NCBI RefSeq assembly: GCF_964194025.1 | Contig: NC_134470.1 | Location: 51,274,001 to 51,338,000, forward strand | From: Convolutriloba macropyga | Lineage: Eukaryota | DNA: 64,000 bases | Reading direction: 5' to 3' | Shown: in pieces, positions 13,900 through 26,278 of the stretch | Numbering within the stretch: the first letter of the stretch is position 1 | Layout of the letters: the number at the start of each line of letters is the position of its first letter | Made by a program: the position numbers and the translations under genes | Notes under the pieces: model-generated | The model's database searches: none | What the model was told of the DNA's origin: nothing | Seen by the model: only the letters and a program-made list of their open reading frames with translations

Positions 13900-14085
13900 T
13901 AACTCTTTTGTTTATGCCGCTCTTCAGCGGCTGTTATGTGGCGTGAGGTCATCGTCTATTACCCTAACCTCACTCCCCTTCAATCAAGGTAAAGCAAACC
14001 TCACTAAACTGTGGCTAGGTACTGAAGAAACCAACCGCTCGCCGGTCGTTTGAGAGCAATTCGACCGACGTTAGTCGGTTATGTT
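11926..14085 (+). mobile_element. HINE-like family A composite: 5' body 11926-12297, internal cargo, complete 3' end at 14013-14085
   Basis: 5' subTIR aattgctctcaaac; the pre-terminal motif gctag.tactga.gaa..caaccgctcgc occurs twice (~12272, ~14014); 3' subTIR gtcgtttgagagcaatt followed by hairpin ccgac-gtta-gtcgg and ttatgtt. Confidence 0.65.
12330..13640. repeat. Degenerate ~170-bp tandem repeat
   Basis: Motif (t)gataataggttactgtatagtttctaga recurs at ~12410, 12585, 12755, 12927 and 13100, with weaker copies to ~13640. Confidence 0.7.
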
Positions 14086-14939
14086 AAATCTAAATTGAGA
14101 ATGTAAAATCTAATTGAAATTAAATAGAGGCAACGCAAATTTGATAATAATCAAGTTTTTAGTCGAAAAGTTATTGTTTAGGATTTAATCTAAGAGATTT
14201 GATTTCTCTATCTTATCTTTGTTTGGTAAAAAATAATCGTTTGTTCGATATTTTTTTCTACTTGAAAATTTGTTTCAGAGTTGATTTCATGTCTGTCGTT
14301 TCGTGTGCCCTAGTGTTCGTTCTAGTGAAATAAAAAAAATGATCTGTCTGGTATCAGTTTTTAATACACGTTTTTCCTTTTTAAGACTCTATCAATACGT
14401 AAATAACAAAATTTGTGCTTATTTAGTTAGTCTATCGACTTCAATTGGTATGCAATTAAGCCAAGAACTTGGATGAGTGGGGTCGGAACATAATGTGCTG
14501 GAACACAATAGCGAGTCTCCTTGTTGATTTTCACCAAAATTGTTAATTTAAGCTAAACATTTGTTTTTATGCAAAAAATTTTATCTGAGAACTGACCGCT
14601 GTGCATTTTTTTTTTCGTTTGAAATCGAAGAAATGCGAAAATTAACATGCTATACGATATCGCGTTTTGTTTACTTTATCCGTACTTTTTCGGAAAATTC
14701 TAGAACCTAACTCGTCAGTGCCGTGAGAACGAAATACCTTTCTGCTAAAATTTTCTATTGTGATAAAGAGTTTTCAAATTCAATCACATAACACTCATGT
14801 TCGATTGTTTTGAGGGTCAGAATTACAGAACACAAAGTGAGCCAACATGGTGGTTAATTTACTCATTGCATGACGTCGGAACAATAAATGCTAAGTATAA
14901 TATACCTGCTGATTATTCTAATGTTAGTCCCAATATTAG

Positions 14940-15130
14940 CCCGGTACAACTTGTGTGCCTGAAAAGAGTTCATTTTGGGAAGAGGAAAACCAAAGTGGAG
15001 ATTATGACTCTCTGAATGAGTCTGTACAACGTGAACAGAAAAACGATGCAAAACGCGATAACATGCTTCATGAAAACTATTCCGAAAAACAACGGGACAA
15101 AACTAGTTCATATCAACGTGGAGATGAACG
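14940..15130 (+). CDS. Possible exon of an uncharacterised hydrophilic protein (PEKSSFWEEENQSGDYDSLNES…GDER)
   Basis: Open, purine-rich acidic frame after aatattag. It can be chained in phase via 15728-15828 to the 23137 exon, but only through weak splice sites. Confidence 0.25.
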
Positions 15131-16887
15131 GTTCTTTTCCAGAAGCAACTCCGATTGAATTTGAATATTTTGTTTTGTTTTCATTAGCCGGTAAAATTGA
15201 TGTTTTTGGTCCCCTTATATTGGTATATAGTTTTGGTTACAGTTAGTCACACTTCTCATAAGGTACACGATGATCAGTGCTATACGATTCAAAGACTCGC
15301 AAGCCTAATCAGTAAAATGTTTAGTATTGTGCAATTAGCTATGTAGCTTTTTACTTCATACAGCCTGCGTTCCTCAGAAAAGCGGCAATAAGATTAAAAA
15401 AAACATTGTTAATTTCCTCTGGTACACATAAGAATAGTAAGCAAATGGTAAAAGAGGCAATCTAAAGTTAAGAGTATAACATTATGTAAAATTATAAAAT
15501 CATTAAATTACTTAACTAAAAATTTGACCTTACATTATTAAAAAATGACCTAAAATGCGAGCATAAAACGTTCTCACAATTTTATATGTACATCATGAAG
15601 ATTTTAAAAAAATCTAATGCGGAAAATTAAAATCTAAGATTAACTGATGATTGTCTGAGAAATTTTTTAAAATGATGAACGCGAAGTTTTCTGGTTTCAT
15701 CTGTTTGTGGAGTTAAACCTGGAAAAGAACTGATGATGAAAGGGATGCGAATCAAGTCGAGCATGAAGTGGCCAAGACATCAATGTTTACTAGTGGTTCT
15801 TTTTACAGCCCTCAATTTGATGGAAAAGGTTTCCGGATTTACTTAGCTCATAATTAGCCTACTCGAAATCCCGTTGCTCTCATGCAAAATTCCGGCTCAT
15901 GATGGCTATCTTGTAAATTCTGGCTTGACGAATGTTTTATCTATAGTTAAACTCGAATCAGAAATAAGATTTAGCGGTCTTGCTTGGTCTTTTAATGGCA
16001 AAAAGCAAACATTTTTAATTCGTTTTGGATTGTTCGCTTTCTGTCGTGTTCAAACTATAAGAATTTACTAGTCAAGTTTTAAAATTATCTGCAATTGGTA
16101 TTATTCAACCAATATGTGGCTAACTTCGATGTCCGAATACGTTTTCAAGGTGAATCTTGTATGATTTTATTGTAAAAATACTGATTTTGATGCAACATCT
16201 CTTTTCACGCCCTCGACATTTTGTGATTGCTCTGTACGCCCACTACGTTTTCGGTATTTACAGGCATTTTTGAGCCCCTGGCGTTGAAATCTCCAAGGCA
16301 CGTTTTGGTTGAATTGGTTGGTTAATAATTGCTGGATCTAGTTCGAGTGATTAAGTTGGTCGCTCATTTGTAAGGCTGTCTTTCTGATTGAATGTAATCA
16401 AATCTCTGGAGGGACAGATCGAGTAACCTATGTTCACGTTCACCCTCTGAGCATCGGTCGAAAGTTATGTTAGTTTAATAAAGCTTAATTAAATCAAGTA
16501 TAAGGTTGACAAACAGTCTGTTTCGCGTTCACATTGAATGACGCTAAAGGTCGCTCAGATTGATAGCTAGCTTGCCGAATCCGAAATGTATCACTGCAAT
16601 GGTTACTTAAAGCTGAATTTTCATGTTCTGGATGCAGTTTCTATGGGCATAGACCTCAACTGAAACCTGCATTTTCTGTTTAAAACATAAATCAACTCAT
16701 GACATGATCTATTAATTGTTTGTGAATGGCTAAAATGTTCTTAAATTGAGTTTTCTATTTAGCTTCATTAGTTGCTCTCAAAGTTAGTACTGTAAATATC
16801 TTAGTGGTGTATTTTGTGGAAACAGTTTATTGACATTTTTATTGACTTTTTAAGCTTTTCGTTGATTGTTTTGCAGTATGCTCTTAT

Positions 16888-17757
16888 TAATAGCCGCACA
16901 GCGATAGCTGGAGCTATTATTGGCCTTCTCTTGGTTTTCTACAATTCAAAGAATTTGAATTGTATTGGGGCGCTGTCTTTCTTTAAGATCTGTTTACACA
17001 TTTTCATGATTTCTGAAGTCAAATTGGATCGGATTTTTCTCCTAAATGGTTTTTCCAATCCATTCACAGCTCATTCTAGGCCTAGTTTTTTGTTTGAATT
17101 AAATTTTCATTTCTCCCTAGGGGTTTTTTTGTTCACATGCGGCATTTTGATATTGATTCTGTTTTTTTCTTATTTTTTAAATTTTTTTTAAATGGTTTTC
17201 TCAATTCACTTATATTCCATTCTAGGTCTAGTTTTTCTGTTTAGTCAATGAAAATTCTTTGAATTGTACGTCAGGACTTGTCCTGCTATGTTTTTTTATT
17301 TCGTCGTCGCGATTTTTGGTACGACCATATGACGTCACAACCATTTCAAATCTGCTTTTTGTTCATTCGTTCATGCAATTTCACGTGAATTGCGCGCGTG
17401 ACGTCATTTTCTGCTCTTAGTGGAGCGAGATTTTTTGGTTCATTCGCGTGATTAAATTTTTGGTCACACGTGATTTACCTCACTCTCAAAAATGACTTCC
17501 TCACTTTGAAATTGACTTTTATTTACTTTAATTCAAAGAGATAAGGTCAAATGGGTGTGTGTCACTCTAAATGAAAGTTATTTGAGAGCAGCTAATAGAG
17601 GCAGCAAAAACTTGTACAGATTTTAAATCAAAATATAACATATCAGCCTTCACTGAAAAGAGGTTTTTTTTGGTCTGCCTTTTTTACTGTTTTTTTTAGA
17701 GTGCAGATCTACGAAGCTATTGCGGCTATTTTCTGGCAATCTGCCAGCTATGTTTTT
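16888..17757 (+). mobile_element. HINE/DINE-1-like element, family B (complete)
   Basis: 5' subTIR aatagccgca with a short inner inverted repeat (gctatt); 3' subTIR tgcggctatt followed by hairpin ctggca-atc-tgccag and ctatgttt; T-rich flanks and no TSD. Confidence 0.8.
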
Positions 17758-18265
17758 CCCAATAGGTGCTCGTTAAGATTTTTATGCTGTTCATTTCAAT
17801 TGGAGCCTTTTATAGAAAATCAAACCCCGAGCAGCGAAATTGGTTTTCTTTTTAATTGGCTGTGCTAAAGATAGCTAAGTGGAGCGATTATTGGCCTTCT
17901 CTAGGTTTTTACAACTCCAATAGGAGTTGCAGTGAAACAGGATGTGCAAGTCAATGCTGCTCGTAAAATCAAATATTTATGCCAATCTGTTGATAAGTCA
18001 AAAGATGAATAAAATAGTGGTTTTTGTTCATGAGTTCTCGGGGGAGAGTGAAAAACATTCAGGGAGGTTCATAAATTCATTCCATTCAGTGTCCAAACAG
18101 AAATGGAATTTAAAGGGCTGTGGAGAAAATTTTGAAGCGTTGCGCAACAGAAATTTGTCAAGTTTCCTCGGTTTTATGTTACCGCTCTTATTGCTTTGTC
18201 TATCATATTATTCGTCATTGATTCAAGATGAATGGCCTGACTTTTCGAACTCGCAACCTAGATTT

Positions 18266-18694
18266 TAATTGCTCGCAAACGAAGTTTGTAGGAATTATAT
18301 TACTCCTGTCGTCTTTGCTATTTTTCGCTGGACAGAATTTTCATCCGAACCTGTTAACTTCTCGTCCTCAAGAACGGGATAAACAGATAGCGCCCGGAAG
18401 GCTTTAAGTGGCTGTGAGCAGCTCTTGGAGCCTTAAGCCTTTCTACTCTCTCATTTTGCGATTCAATGAAACTGTTTTGAGGAGACAATTTGGAGTGAAG
18501 GGCGGTTCTTAATCTTAAAATTTTGGCTACGCCCAGTCACACCCACCCCCCCCCCCCCCCCCTCCCCCCTCATCCACTCCGCTCATCCTCATACCCTCTA
18601 ATGCTATAATATTGAACCCCAGCTAGCTACTACCGAATCCAACTGATCGCCGGTCGTTTGAGAGCAATTCGCCCGACGGTAGTTGGTTATGTTT
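18266..18694 (+). mobile_element. HINE-like family A (complete, ~430 bp)
   Basis: aattgctcgcaaacga…gtcgtttgagagcaatt, hairpin ccgac-ggta-gttgg, ttatgttt; internal poly-C tract. Confidence 0.8.
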
Positions 18695-20849
18695 AGAGAA
18701 ATTGTGTCAGATTTTGTTTTCCCCGGTTTTTTTTCGAGTTGAATAGTTTGTTGAAACCCTTAATTTATATGACTGAGTAGTTGCCTGTGACTTCACTCAT
18801 ATTTTGCTTCAAAGCGATTTCGTAGTATTGCAACTATGTTTTCTTTCTGCAAGATTTTTGTTACCACCTTGTAACTTCACACTCCAAAACAGCTGATGTT
18901 ATTTATTCATGCAGTTTTTAGAATGATTTGTGAGCATGACTGTCACATTTCTCTTATTAGAGCTAGTATTTTGTTTGTGCGAGTGAATTTTAATTTTTGT
19001 TGTGGACTAACTTTTGTAGTGGAATAAGTTCTTAATGAAATCATATCAAGCCCCATTTGAATAAGAAGCGCCCTTCGAATAAGTTATAATACCGTCTCTG
19101 AATCAGACTGATTCCAAAACCTCAATCTAGAGTTTGAACGGAATTTTTACTGACATTGGTCGGTTAATGAAATAATGGTTACACATGAAAATAATTAAGC
19201 AGCTGTCTAATTTCTGTAATTGTTTTTATGCATCTGGAGTCTCAATATAATGTTGTCGAAAACTGAAAACCGTGTCAAATTCTCGTAATACCGGGAAAGG
19301 TTAGATAAAATGAATGACTTGTCCCAATGATATGTAATTATAAGTTTTCGTTAACTTGTTGCAGACTTTTGTTCTAAGATGGAAGCCCCCTTGATAACGC
19401 TATGACTCCGCGGGTCTGCATTGGGAATGATATAGTTCGTTATCTTTCTTGATTCTTAATGTTAGCTTTATGTTTCAATTCGTTTGGTTGCACATGTTTT
19501 GCTTCTCATGTTACACATTTTAAGCAAGAACATTTTTTAAGTTTTACTTTTAAATCCCAATTTTAAACTATCTGTGATTCAAGAAGATCCTTAAACGCTA
19601 TGGAGTTAATTATTGATAGTCGCCGTCAGCCGCTCAACGGCTAGTATTTAGGCCCTCTCCTTTTTTACGACTCGAACAGGATTATTAGTTTTCTATGGGT
19701 CTTTTTTTACAGGAAGTAGTTTTGATGCTGCATTTTGACCTAAAGGCGAAAGTGAAAAAAGTTGTCATGGTGAACAGATTTTGTCTAAGTGAGAGAAGTT
19801 TTTTGATCATGCGCTGAGTTCAGTGAATGACCTTTTGACTTTGAAAAGAGTTTTTAAAAGACTGGCGCATATAGCTTACCGTTTTCGGCCGTTTTTTCGT
19901 CCATTTGGCTCATTTTTTTTAAACTTACAATTGGGTTTTTTAAATAGTTTTTGACCGATGTTGCATTAATATGTGAATTTGTGAAATTGATACCGCAAAG
20001 TGTTGCAGAGCCTAATAATTTTCAAGTGTAAAATGGGCACACGTTTCTCAACTTTATAGTTAATTTTTAATTGTTTTTTTCTTAATCTCTTCATTTTGAA
20101 TCTGTGAGAGGGCTTTTTCTTGAAAATCAGTGTTGATGGCCACTTTCGATTGGCAGTTCTTGCATTGAATAACTCTTTTGAAAGTGAGGTCTTTTTTGTT
20201 TTATAAAATTGTACACATACTAATCCTTTTTTGCATTTTTTTTTCCAATTCTCCTTGTTTCTGTTCGTTTTTAGTTTTAAATTAAAGAAATATTCTTTCT
20301 GTGCACAGCCAGTGGTTTAATTTTGTGTTGTGAAAAACGGATTTATGTTTGGACGTTTAATGATTGAAATTCAATGAAAAATTGTTTCTTTAATTGCCAT
20401 TTTAATATAATTTGATGTATAATTTTAGTATTTTGACCATTTTTTGCAATTCTTTTTATTTTCTCGAATCTCTGTAATCTTTTTCACTTTTTTATTTAGA
20501 CAGAAGGATAAAAGTAACGTTTTTAAGCCATGATTGCTTAATAAATATATGTACTTATTTTTTGATCGATAATGTGGTGTATTTGAAACAGGATGTAAAA
20601 GTCAATGCATCATGTTAAAAATAAGGTGAAACGGCTAAACGAATCGAGGAGCAGAAAGAAGACAGAGATTGGTTTTCTCTTATTCTCACGAGAGTGCGAG
20701 AAAAGTTTGAAAAGTGATAAAGTTTTCGCTAAGTGAGTGAAATTTTTTGATCACTTGCGAGTTTTTCAAAGCAGTTTATTAGTATTAATTTCATTTTTTT
20801 TTCTAACAGAAGTGTTTCTCACATTTGTCTAAACTAGTTTTAGTGTGTT

Positions 20850-21111
20850 TAATAGCCGCACAGCGATAGCTGGGGCTATTATTGGCCTTCTCTTGGTTTT
20901 TTTATTTCGTCGTCATGATTTTTGTTAACACCATATGACGTCACAACCACTTCAAATCTGCTTTTTGTTCATTCCTTCATGCAATTTCAACTGAATTGCG
21001 TGCGTGACGTAAAAAGAATATTCTTTTTGGTCTGTCTTTTCTTATTGTTTTTTGAGACTGCAGATCTGCAAAGCTACTGCGGCTATTTTCGGCAATCTGA
21101 CAGCTATGTTT
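20850..21111 (+). mobile_element. HINE-like family B, internally deleted derivative
   Basis: Same termini as 16888-17757; the interior matches only ~17295-17405 and ~17665-17755 of that copy. Confidence 0.8.
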
Positions 21112-23136
21112 AGAACAGTTTTTTGACATTCTGAAACAAATATTACATTTCAAGATTCTGTTTTCAGCTATTTTACCGTTTTGATTATTTTTTCTGCATT
21201 TTTTGTTTTCTCCTTGTATTTTTGTCTTCTGAAATTGCGTTGTGTGATGAAAATCAGTTGTCATAGTAGTTTTGGTGGTGTGTTATTTTGATTAATAGTT
21301 ATTTTTCATTGTTTTGCAGAAAATTGGCTGAATGTGAGCAAATTTTTGCTGACTTTTGGATGTTTTGCATGATTTTCGCCCATTTCTTCTGATCTTACGC
21401 TTCTCGCTGTAGCATTTCTCGGTTAATTCTTAATTAAGAGTTTTTCTGTAGTCGTTGCTAGTATGATGTGACACTTCAAGTCTAGACATTGCATTTTGGC
21501 ACTAATTTCAATTACACAAATTTCTTTTCGTTTCAGATTTTTTTTTATTTTGGCAGTTTCCATTATTCGTTTAATGTTTCTCTCTTGCGTTTGTGATGAG
21601 TGATCGATCTAGCGGAAGAAGCTATAAGAGTATTTTGGTGAATAATTTCTGGAAAGAATCTTGAAATGTAAAGAGGGCACTCTTAAATTAATAAATTAAA
21701 CTATTTTCTTTTTTTTTCAGATTTTTTGTCCTTTCTGATTTACTAGTTTAGTACTTCTCCGTCAAATATTGGGTTGGTGTCTGTTTAGTAGTTCTCCGTC
21801 AATTATAGGATGGGTGTGTGATGTACGAGAGATCGTAATTAACACTTTCTCAGATTATTGGTTCAGCCATTGCATTTTGCAGAGATCTTTTGTAGAGAAC
21901 TTTTCGATTTTGACCGCCATGTCCTTTCACTTTCCCTTTCCATGAGTTTCTCTTGACCAACCCATTTAAGAAGTTGTCCGTCAATTGTTATTATTTTTTA
22001 GAAGCTGAATTAAATATAGTTTTAGGATCCAACTAAAACTGCACGCCAAATTAGAACATTTTTTGACACTCGAAAAAAACAGAAAAAAAATTCGGTTAAT
22101 TTGTCTTATTTTCTCTGTTTCAGTCCCGATATTCATCAAGCGCATCAACAGTGGCTATTTTCCGGCAATCTGTTGGCTATGTTTATATATTGACGCGTAG
22201 TCATTAGAATCTGGATGACTCTCATATAAAGAAAATTGCCAAGCTTGAGTGCAAATTTCCTATAAGCAACACTTAATGTATCGTGGAATTTAGGTCCCTC
22301 GCTAAAGATGTGTCATTTGGTTTAATGGAAAAGTGGCAATATTACGCCGACTTGTTTCTTTTGATATTTTTTCAAAGATTTTAATGTTTTTAAATTTTAA
22401 GCTCCTAAGATTATTGTGCCGATGCATGCAAAAGACATAGAGAACTGAGGCCGGGGTGTTTAGAAAAACGCTCTTCAAAAACAGGAAATTTTCCATAAAA
22501 ATTTGCTTGATTTCTGCATGGACACTATGGTGCCAAAAAGCCTCCTAAAATATTTGTAGAGAGCGCCAAAAACATGAAATAAAACATTATTTTGTTCTCT
22601 AGAGACGGCATATTTTCGCGTACTCTGCCTCAAAATGGCCCATGAATTTTGGATTTAGATCCAAAGTAAATGCCGAGCATTGTATTACCTCCTACTTCTT
22701 CTCTTGTAAGAAATTGCTAACAATCTTTAATTTATAAACGGGAACATCCTCTTGCTGGAAAATTTGTAATTGCTCAAAATTTCCAAGTAAACCAGAACGT
22801 TTATCTTGCTGTATAGCAACCTAACACATAAACGAGTACTTGTCCGAACTCAAATATGTTGTTTTTTTGTCAATGAGAATGAAATATTGTCCAGAAGTTG
22901 TTCTTTCACGTTTTTTTTTTCACCTTTTTGACCCTATCAAACTTACTGAATAAAAAAAAACGCTTAAATAGCACAAGATATGCTGTACAAATATTTTTTG
23001 TACCATATTTAGCCAGAATAATCAATAATTATTAAACTAATATGAAACTAAAAATCAAATATGAAATAATCAAAGCAGAATAATCAATGAAACTAAAAAT
23101 CAAATTTGCAAAAGTGAAATCCGGAACCTATTCTAG

Positions 23137-23615
23137 GCGATGAAAACACGAAAAAAGAAATACAAAGCGAAGTCGTGCAAGAAAAAACATCGACGAAAGA
23201 TGCTCATATTCAGCGTACAAAATATAAAGTAAACCGACCGACTAAAGCCAGTATCGCTAAAGAACGGGATATAAATTTGAAGCCAAGAAGTGCCGAGACG
23301 AAATGTCGAAAGCTCTCGTATTCACATCCCGCGAGCACTATATACCCCAATCCGAACCAACGACAGGATGACGGAAATAGCAGAAATGGATTAAAACCAG
23401 CTCTTAAGCATCCAAAAAACTTGAAGCCACCGAACCGGAAATTTATGGAGCCCAATTTAGAGCGTAGTAGCAGTTTGGGTCGTTACAACCGGTACTTCAG
23501 TGATCCTACTTTTGACCCTGCTGAGAGATTCAAGCGGGCACAACAGAGAATAGATAACCTCCAGCGTCAAGTGAATAGTTTAGAACGACCGTTCGCTATG
23601 AAGTTTGGGATCAAG
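23137..23615 (+). CDS. Internal exon of an uncharacterised gene (basic/low-complexity region, then a short coiled-coil-like stretch AERFKRAQQRIDNLQRQVNSLE)
   Basis: Acceptor ttctag at 23136, open frame of ~159 codons, good donor AAG|gtatgc at 23616 (phase 0). Confidence 0.7.
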
Positions 23616-23880
23616 GTATGCATTTTTTGTTAGATTTAAATGCAGATTTCTTAACTGTTAAAATAAATTTATGACGAGCATTGAGGGCACTCAATGTGCA
23701 AATTAATGTGTGGTTCAGCCGAAACTTCAGCAAAGTCCTCTTATTGTAAGATAATTTGAAAGCACGAAAAGTTTGAAATCAAGAGAATGCATTTTGTTTT
23801 GAAAAAAGGGGACGCTCATTGTTTATTCACTCCTATGGCCGGTCCAAAAGTTGAAATATTTTGCCTTTGATTTTATCTAG

Positions 23881-24078
23881 ACAAGGTCCACTTCAAAAAT
23901 TCCACAAGACGGTGTCCAGACGATTAGTCGCGGAGATGAAAAGAGCGGCAATGAGTTCAAACCGAACAGCATAATTAATCCTGCAGACGTAACCGAAGAT
24001 GAAGATGTGCCTGTGAAGAGTATCTTCTCTCTAATGTACGATACAGATGGAAAGCCACTCAACCAGGAAGCAAAACAG
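23881..24078 (+). CDS. Next exon of the same gene (TRSTSKIPQDG…VTEDEDVPVKSIFSLMYDTDGKPLNQEAKQ)
   Basis: Acceptor ttttatctag at 23880; phase 0 matches the previous donor. The 3' boundary is uncertain (GC donor at 24079, GT donor at ~24089, or stop at ~24105). Confidence 0.65.
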
Positions 24079-24400
24079 GCACGGCTAGGTTCCATGCTAT
24101 TGTGAAAAATCTCATCATATTTCCAGGAGGCAATTATTTCAATCAAGTCGGGGTTACGCTGTGTCATCGTCTAATGTATCAAAAAGTTTTCGCTATTCAC
24201 TCTTAATGAACGAATGATTTCTCTGATGCGTTTTAGTTAAAGTAGACTAATAGTTAACATGACCAGGTCTATAGGAAAGCCTGTTATGCTAGCAAGAAAT
24301 GTATCAATAGAGCGAAATAATTGACTAAGGATAGAGTGCTGCTGGTGATTCCAAAATTGTTTGTAATTCTATCACATGAAGCATGAATAAAACTTTTTAG

Positions 24401-24496
24401 GTGCAAAGAATGATAGAGGACGAATACGAGCAGTACAAACAGGTCAATCCAATTCCAGCCTCATCTTCAAAAAAGCCAACCAAGTCTGCTGACTGA
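24401..24496 (+). CDS. Probable terminal exon (VQRMIEDEYEQYKQVNPIPASSSKKPTKSAD*)
   Basis: Acceptor aactttttag at 24400 and an open frame to TGA at 24494-24496. Confidence 0.5.
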   Translation: MQRMIEDEYEQYKQVNPIPASSSKKPTKSAD

Positions 24497-25466
24497 TGTT
24501 CTGATGGAAAACTTTTATTTGTAGTCGGAACAACGATTGCTTTTATTTTTTAATTTTGTTAGTCTTTTCCAAGAGCTGCGAAGGGATATCAGGATTATTA
24601 TTTGTGGGTTTTTACGAACAGAAGGGTAGTTTATGACTATCTTGTTTAATAGCCGGAAAGCATTAGCTGTGGCTATTATTGCCCTTCTCTTGGGTTTTAC
24701 AATTCAAAAAGTTTGAATTAAATTGGGGCGCTGTCTTTTTTGTAAGATATACATTACTCAGTGGCTTCCAAAACGAGTTAAAAAGGTAACGCGCAGGGAG
24801 AATTAAGTTGCATTAAAGTCACTTAGCTGTCAGTCAGTGTCTTGAATTATCTGGAAAAGAATAAATTCAACGTCAAACGATCATTTTTTGAGTTTTTGAA
24901 CAATTTTTCTTTGTTTTGTCAAAATTCTTTATTTATTAGCAGATTGGTTTTTGATTAATAGCCGCCTCCATCTTCGCAGCAGGCTATCATAGTTCTTTCT
25001 AGGCCTTTTTTCGACCAAATTTCTTGCTAGTGGTTTTTGTTCACATGCGGCATTTTTACATTGATTTTGTTTTTTTTTTTAAATTTTTGATTTTTTTTTG
25101 GAAATGGTTTTCCCAAATCACCCATTGTCCGTTCTAGGTCAAGTTTTTGTGTCGTCAATGAAAATTCTTTGAATTGTACGCCAGGACTTGTCCTGTTATG
25201 TTTTTTTTACTTCGTCGACCAAAAATTTGTTTCCCTTTACCTCATTTTCCGTTTTTTCGACATTTTGCGTGAAATCTTTTTGACTTCTCTAGGCTAGTGT
25301 CATTGGTCGCCCATTCTACGCAAAGTGCTTTTAAACAGCGGTTACTCAGCAAATCAATCTGATAGGAACAGAATTAGTATTCATAAACAAAATCAAAATA
25401 GGAACGGGTAAAACACAAAGCCTAATTTTAGATGCCTGCTACTTGATCTGTTTTTATAAGTCTTAT

Positions 25467-25856
25467 TAATTGCTCTTGAACGCAGATCATAGCAATTATT
25501 GTAAACGTGTGTGTCTTTTTTTATGCAAATCTTTTGTTTGACAATTTTTCGCTTTTCTTCCTGAACATTCTTTGACTTCTCAAATGACTTTTTCACGTTC
25601 GTTCATCATTTTTGAGTGATCTCTAGTGCTCCGAATTTGCTAATATAAAATCGGTTGCAGCAGAGCAAAATTAACTGACTCGTAGCGCAGTGTTCAGTGA
25701 GGTTAGCCATGGAGCGAGAGGTCAGTGGTTCGAATCCCGGTGGGGTCAAAGTTTTTTGCACCCATAAAGAAAAATTGATCTAGGCTACAGCCCCTGAACT
25801 AAATTGCCTCGCCTGTCGTTCAAGAGCAATTCTTCCGAAATTTGTCAGTTTGTTTT
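25467..25856 (+). mobile_element. HINE-like subfamily A' element carrying a tRNA-derived cassette
   Basis: Perfect 15-bp subTIR pair aattgctcttgaacg / cgttcaagagcaatt, decayed 3' hairpin, tgtttt end. A 5' fragment of the same subfamily lies at ~39124-39250. Confidence 0.75.
25676..25749 (+). pseudogene. tRNA-derived sequence (SINE head or pseudo-tRNA) with Pol III A and B boxes
   Basis: A-box-like TAGCGCAGTG, B-box GGTTCGAATCCC, partial acceptor stem tgactc/ggggtca; the anticodon and T stems do not pair properly. Confidence 0.7.
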
Positions 25857-26278
25857 ACCATCTCTAATGCTAATTAGAATTGATAGTAGCCCTTGTACCC
25901 TCTCGTTAAGTAACAGGAGTATATTTAACAAAATGAAATCAAAATAGTTCGCACTTTGAAAACATCCATGTTTTTCCATTTTTTTTCTGTTATTTCAATC
26001 CGAAGCGGTGTTCTGGGAGTCAATGGAGGCTTTTTTAGATCATATTTTGAATTTAAATGTACATTGTCCATGCCGACTTTAACACCCAAAGTCTAAGTAG
26101 TTTTTGCTAATTTTTTCATTTCTTTTGAAAGTTTCTGCCAATTTTTTAATTTAGTAAAATGTTAGCAAACTGGTGTTAATTTTTGCTAAGTTTTCCAGTT
26201 TTCTCAACAGTCTTTCTTTTCTTTTTCTTTGTCTCTTTTTTGTCCAGCCATGTTTTAACTAGCCTTAAAGCATTCATA

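Larger units (their letters stand above)
24647..26040 (+). mobile_element. Family B HINE-like remnants (5' ends at 24647 and 24956), interrupted by a family A' insertion
   Basis: taatagccg…ggctatt 5' motifs; 25030-25215 matches 17120-17305; the rest is colinear with 7700-8160. Confidence 0.6.

Noticed and set aside
25676-25749. Functional tRNA-Met (CAT)
   Set aside because: The anticodon and T stems mispair; it is embedded in a repeat element.
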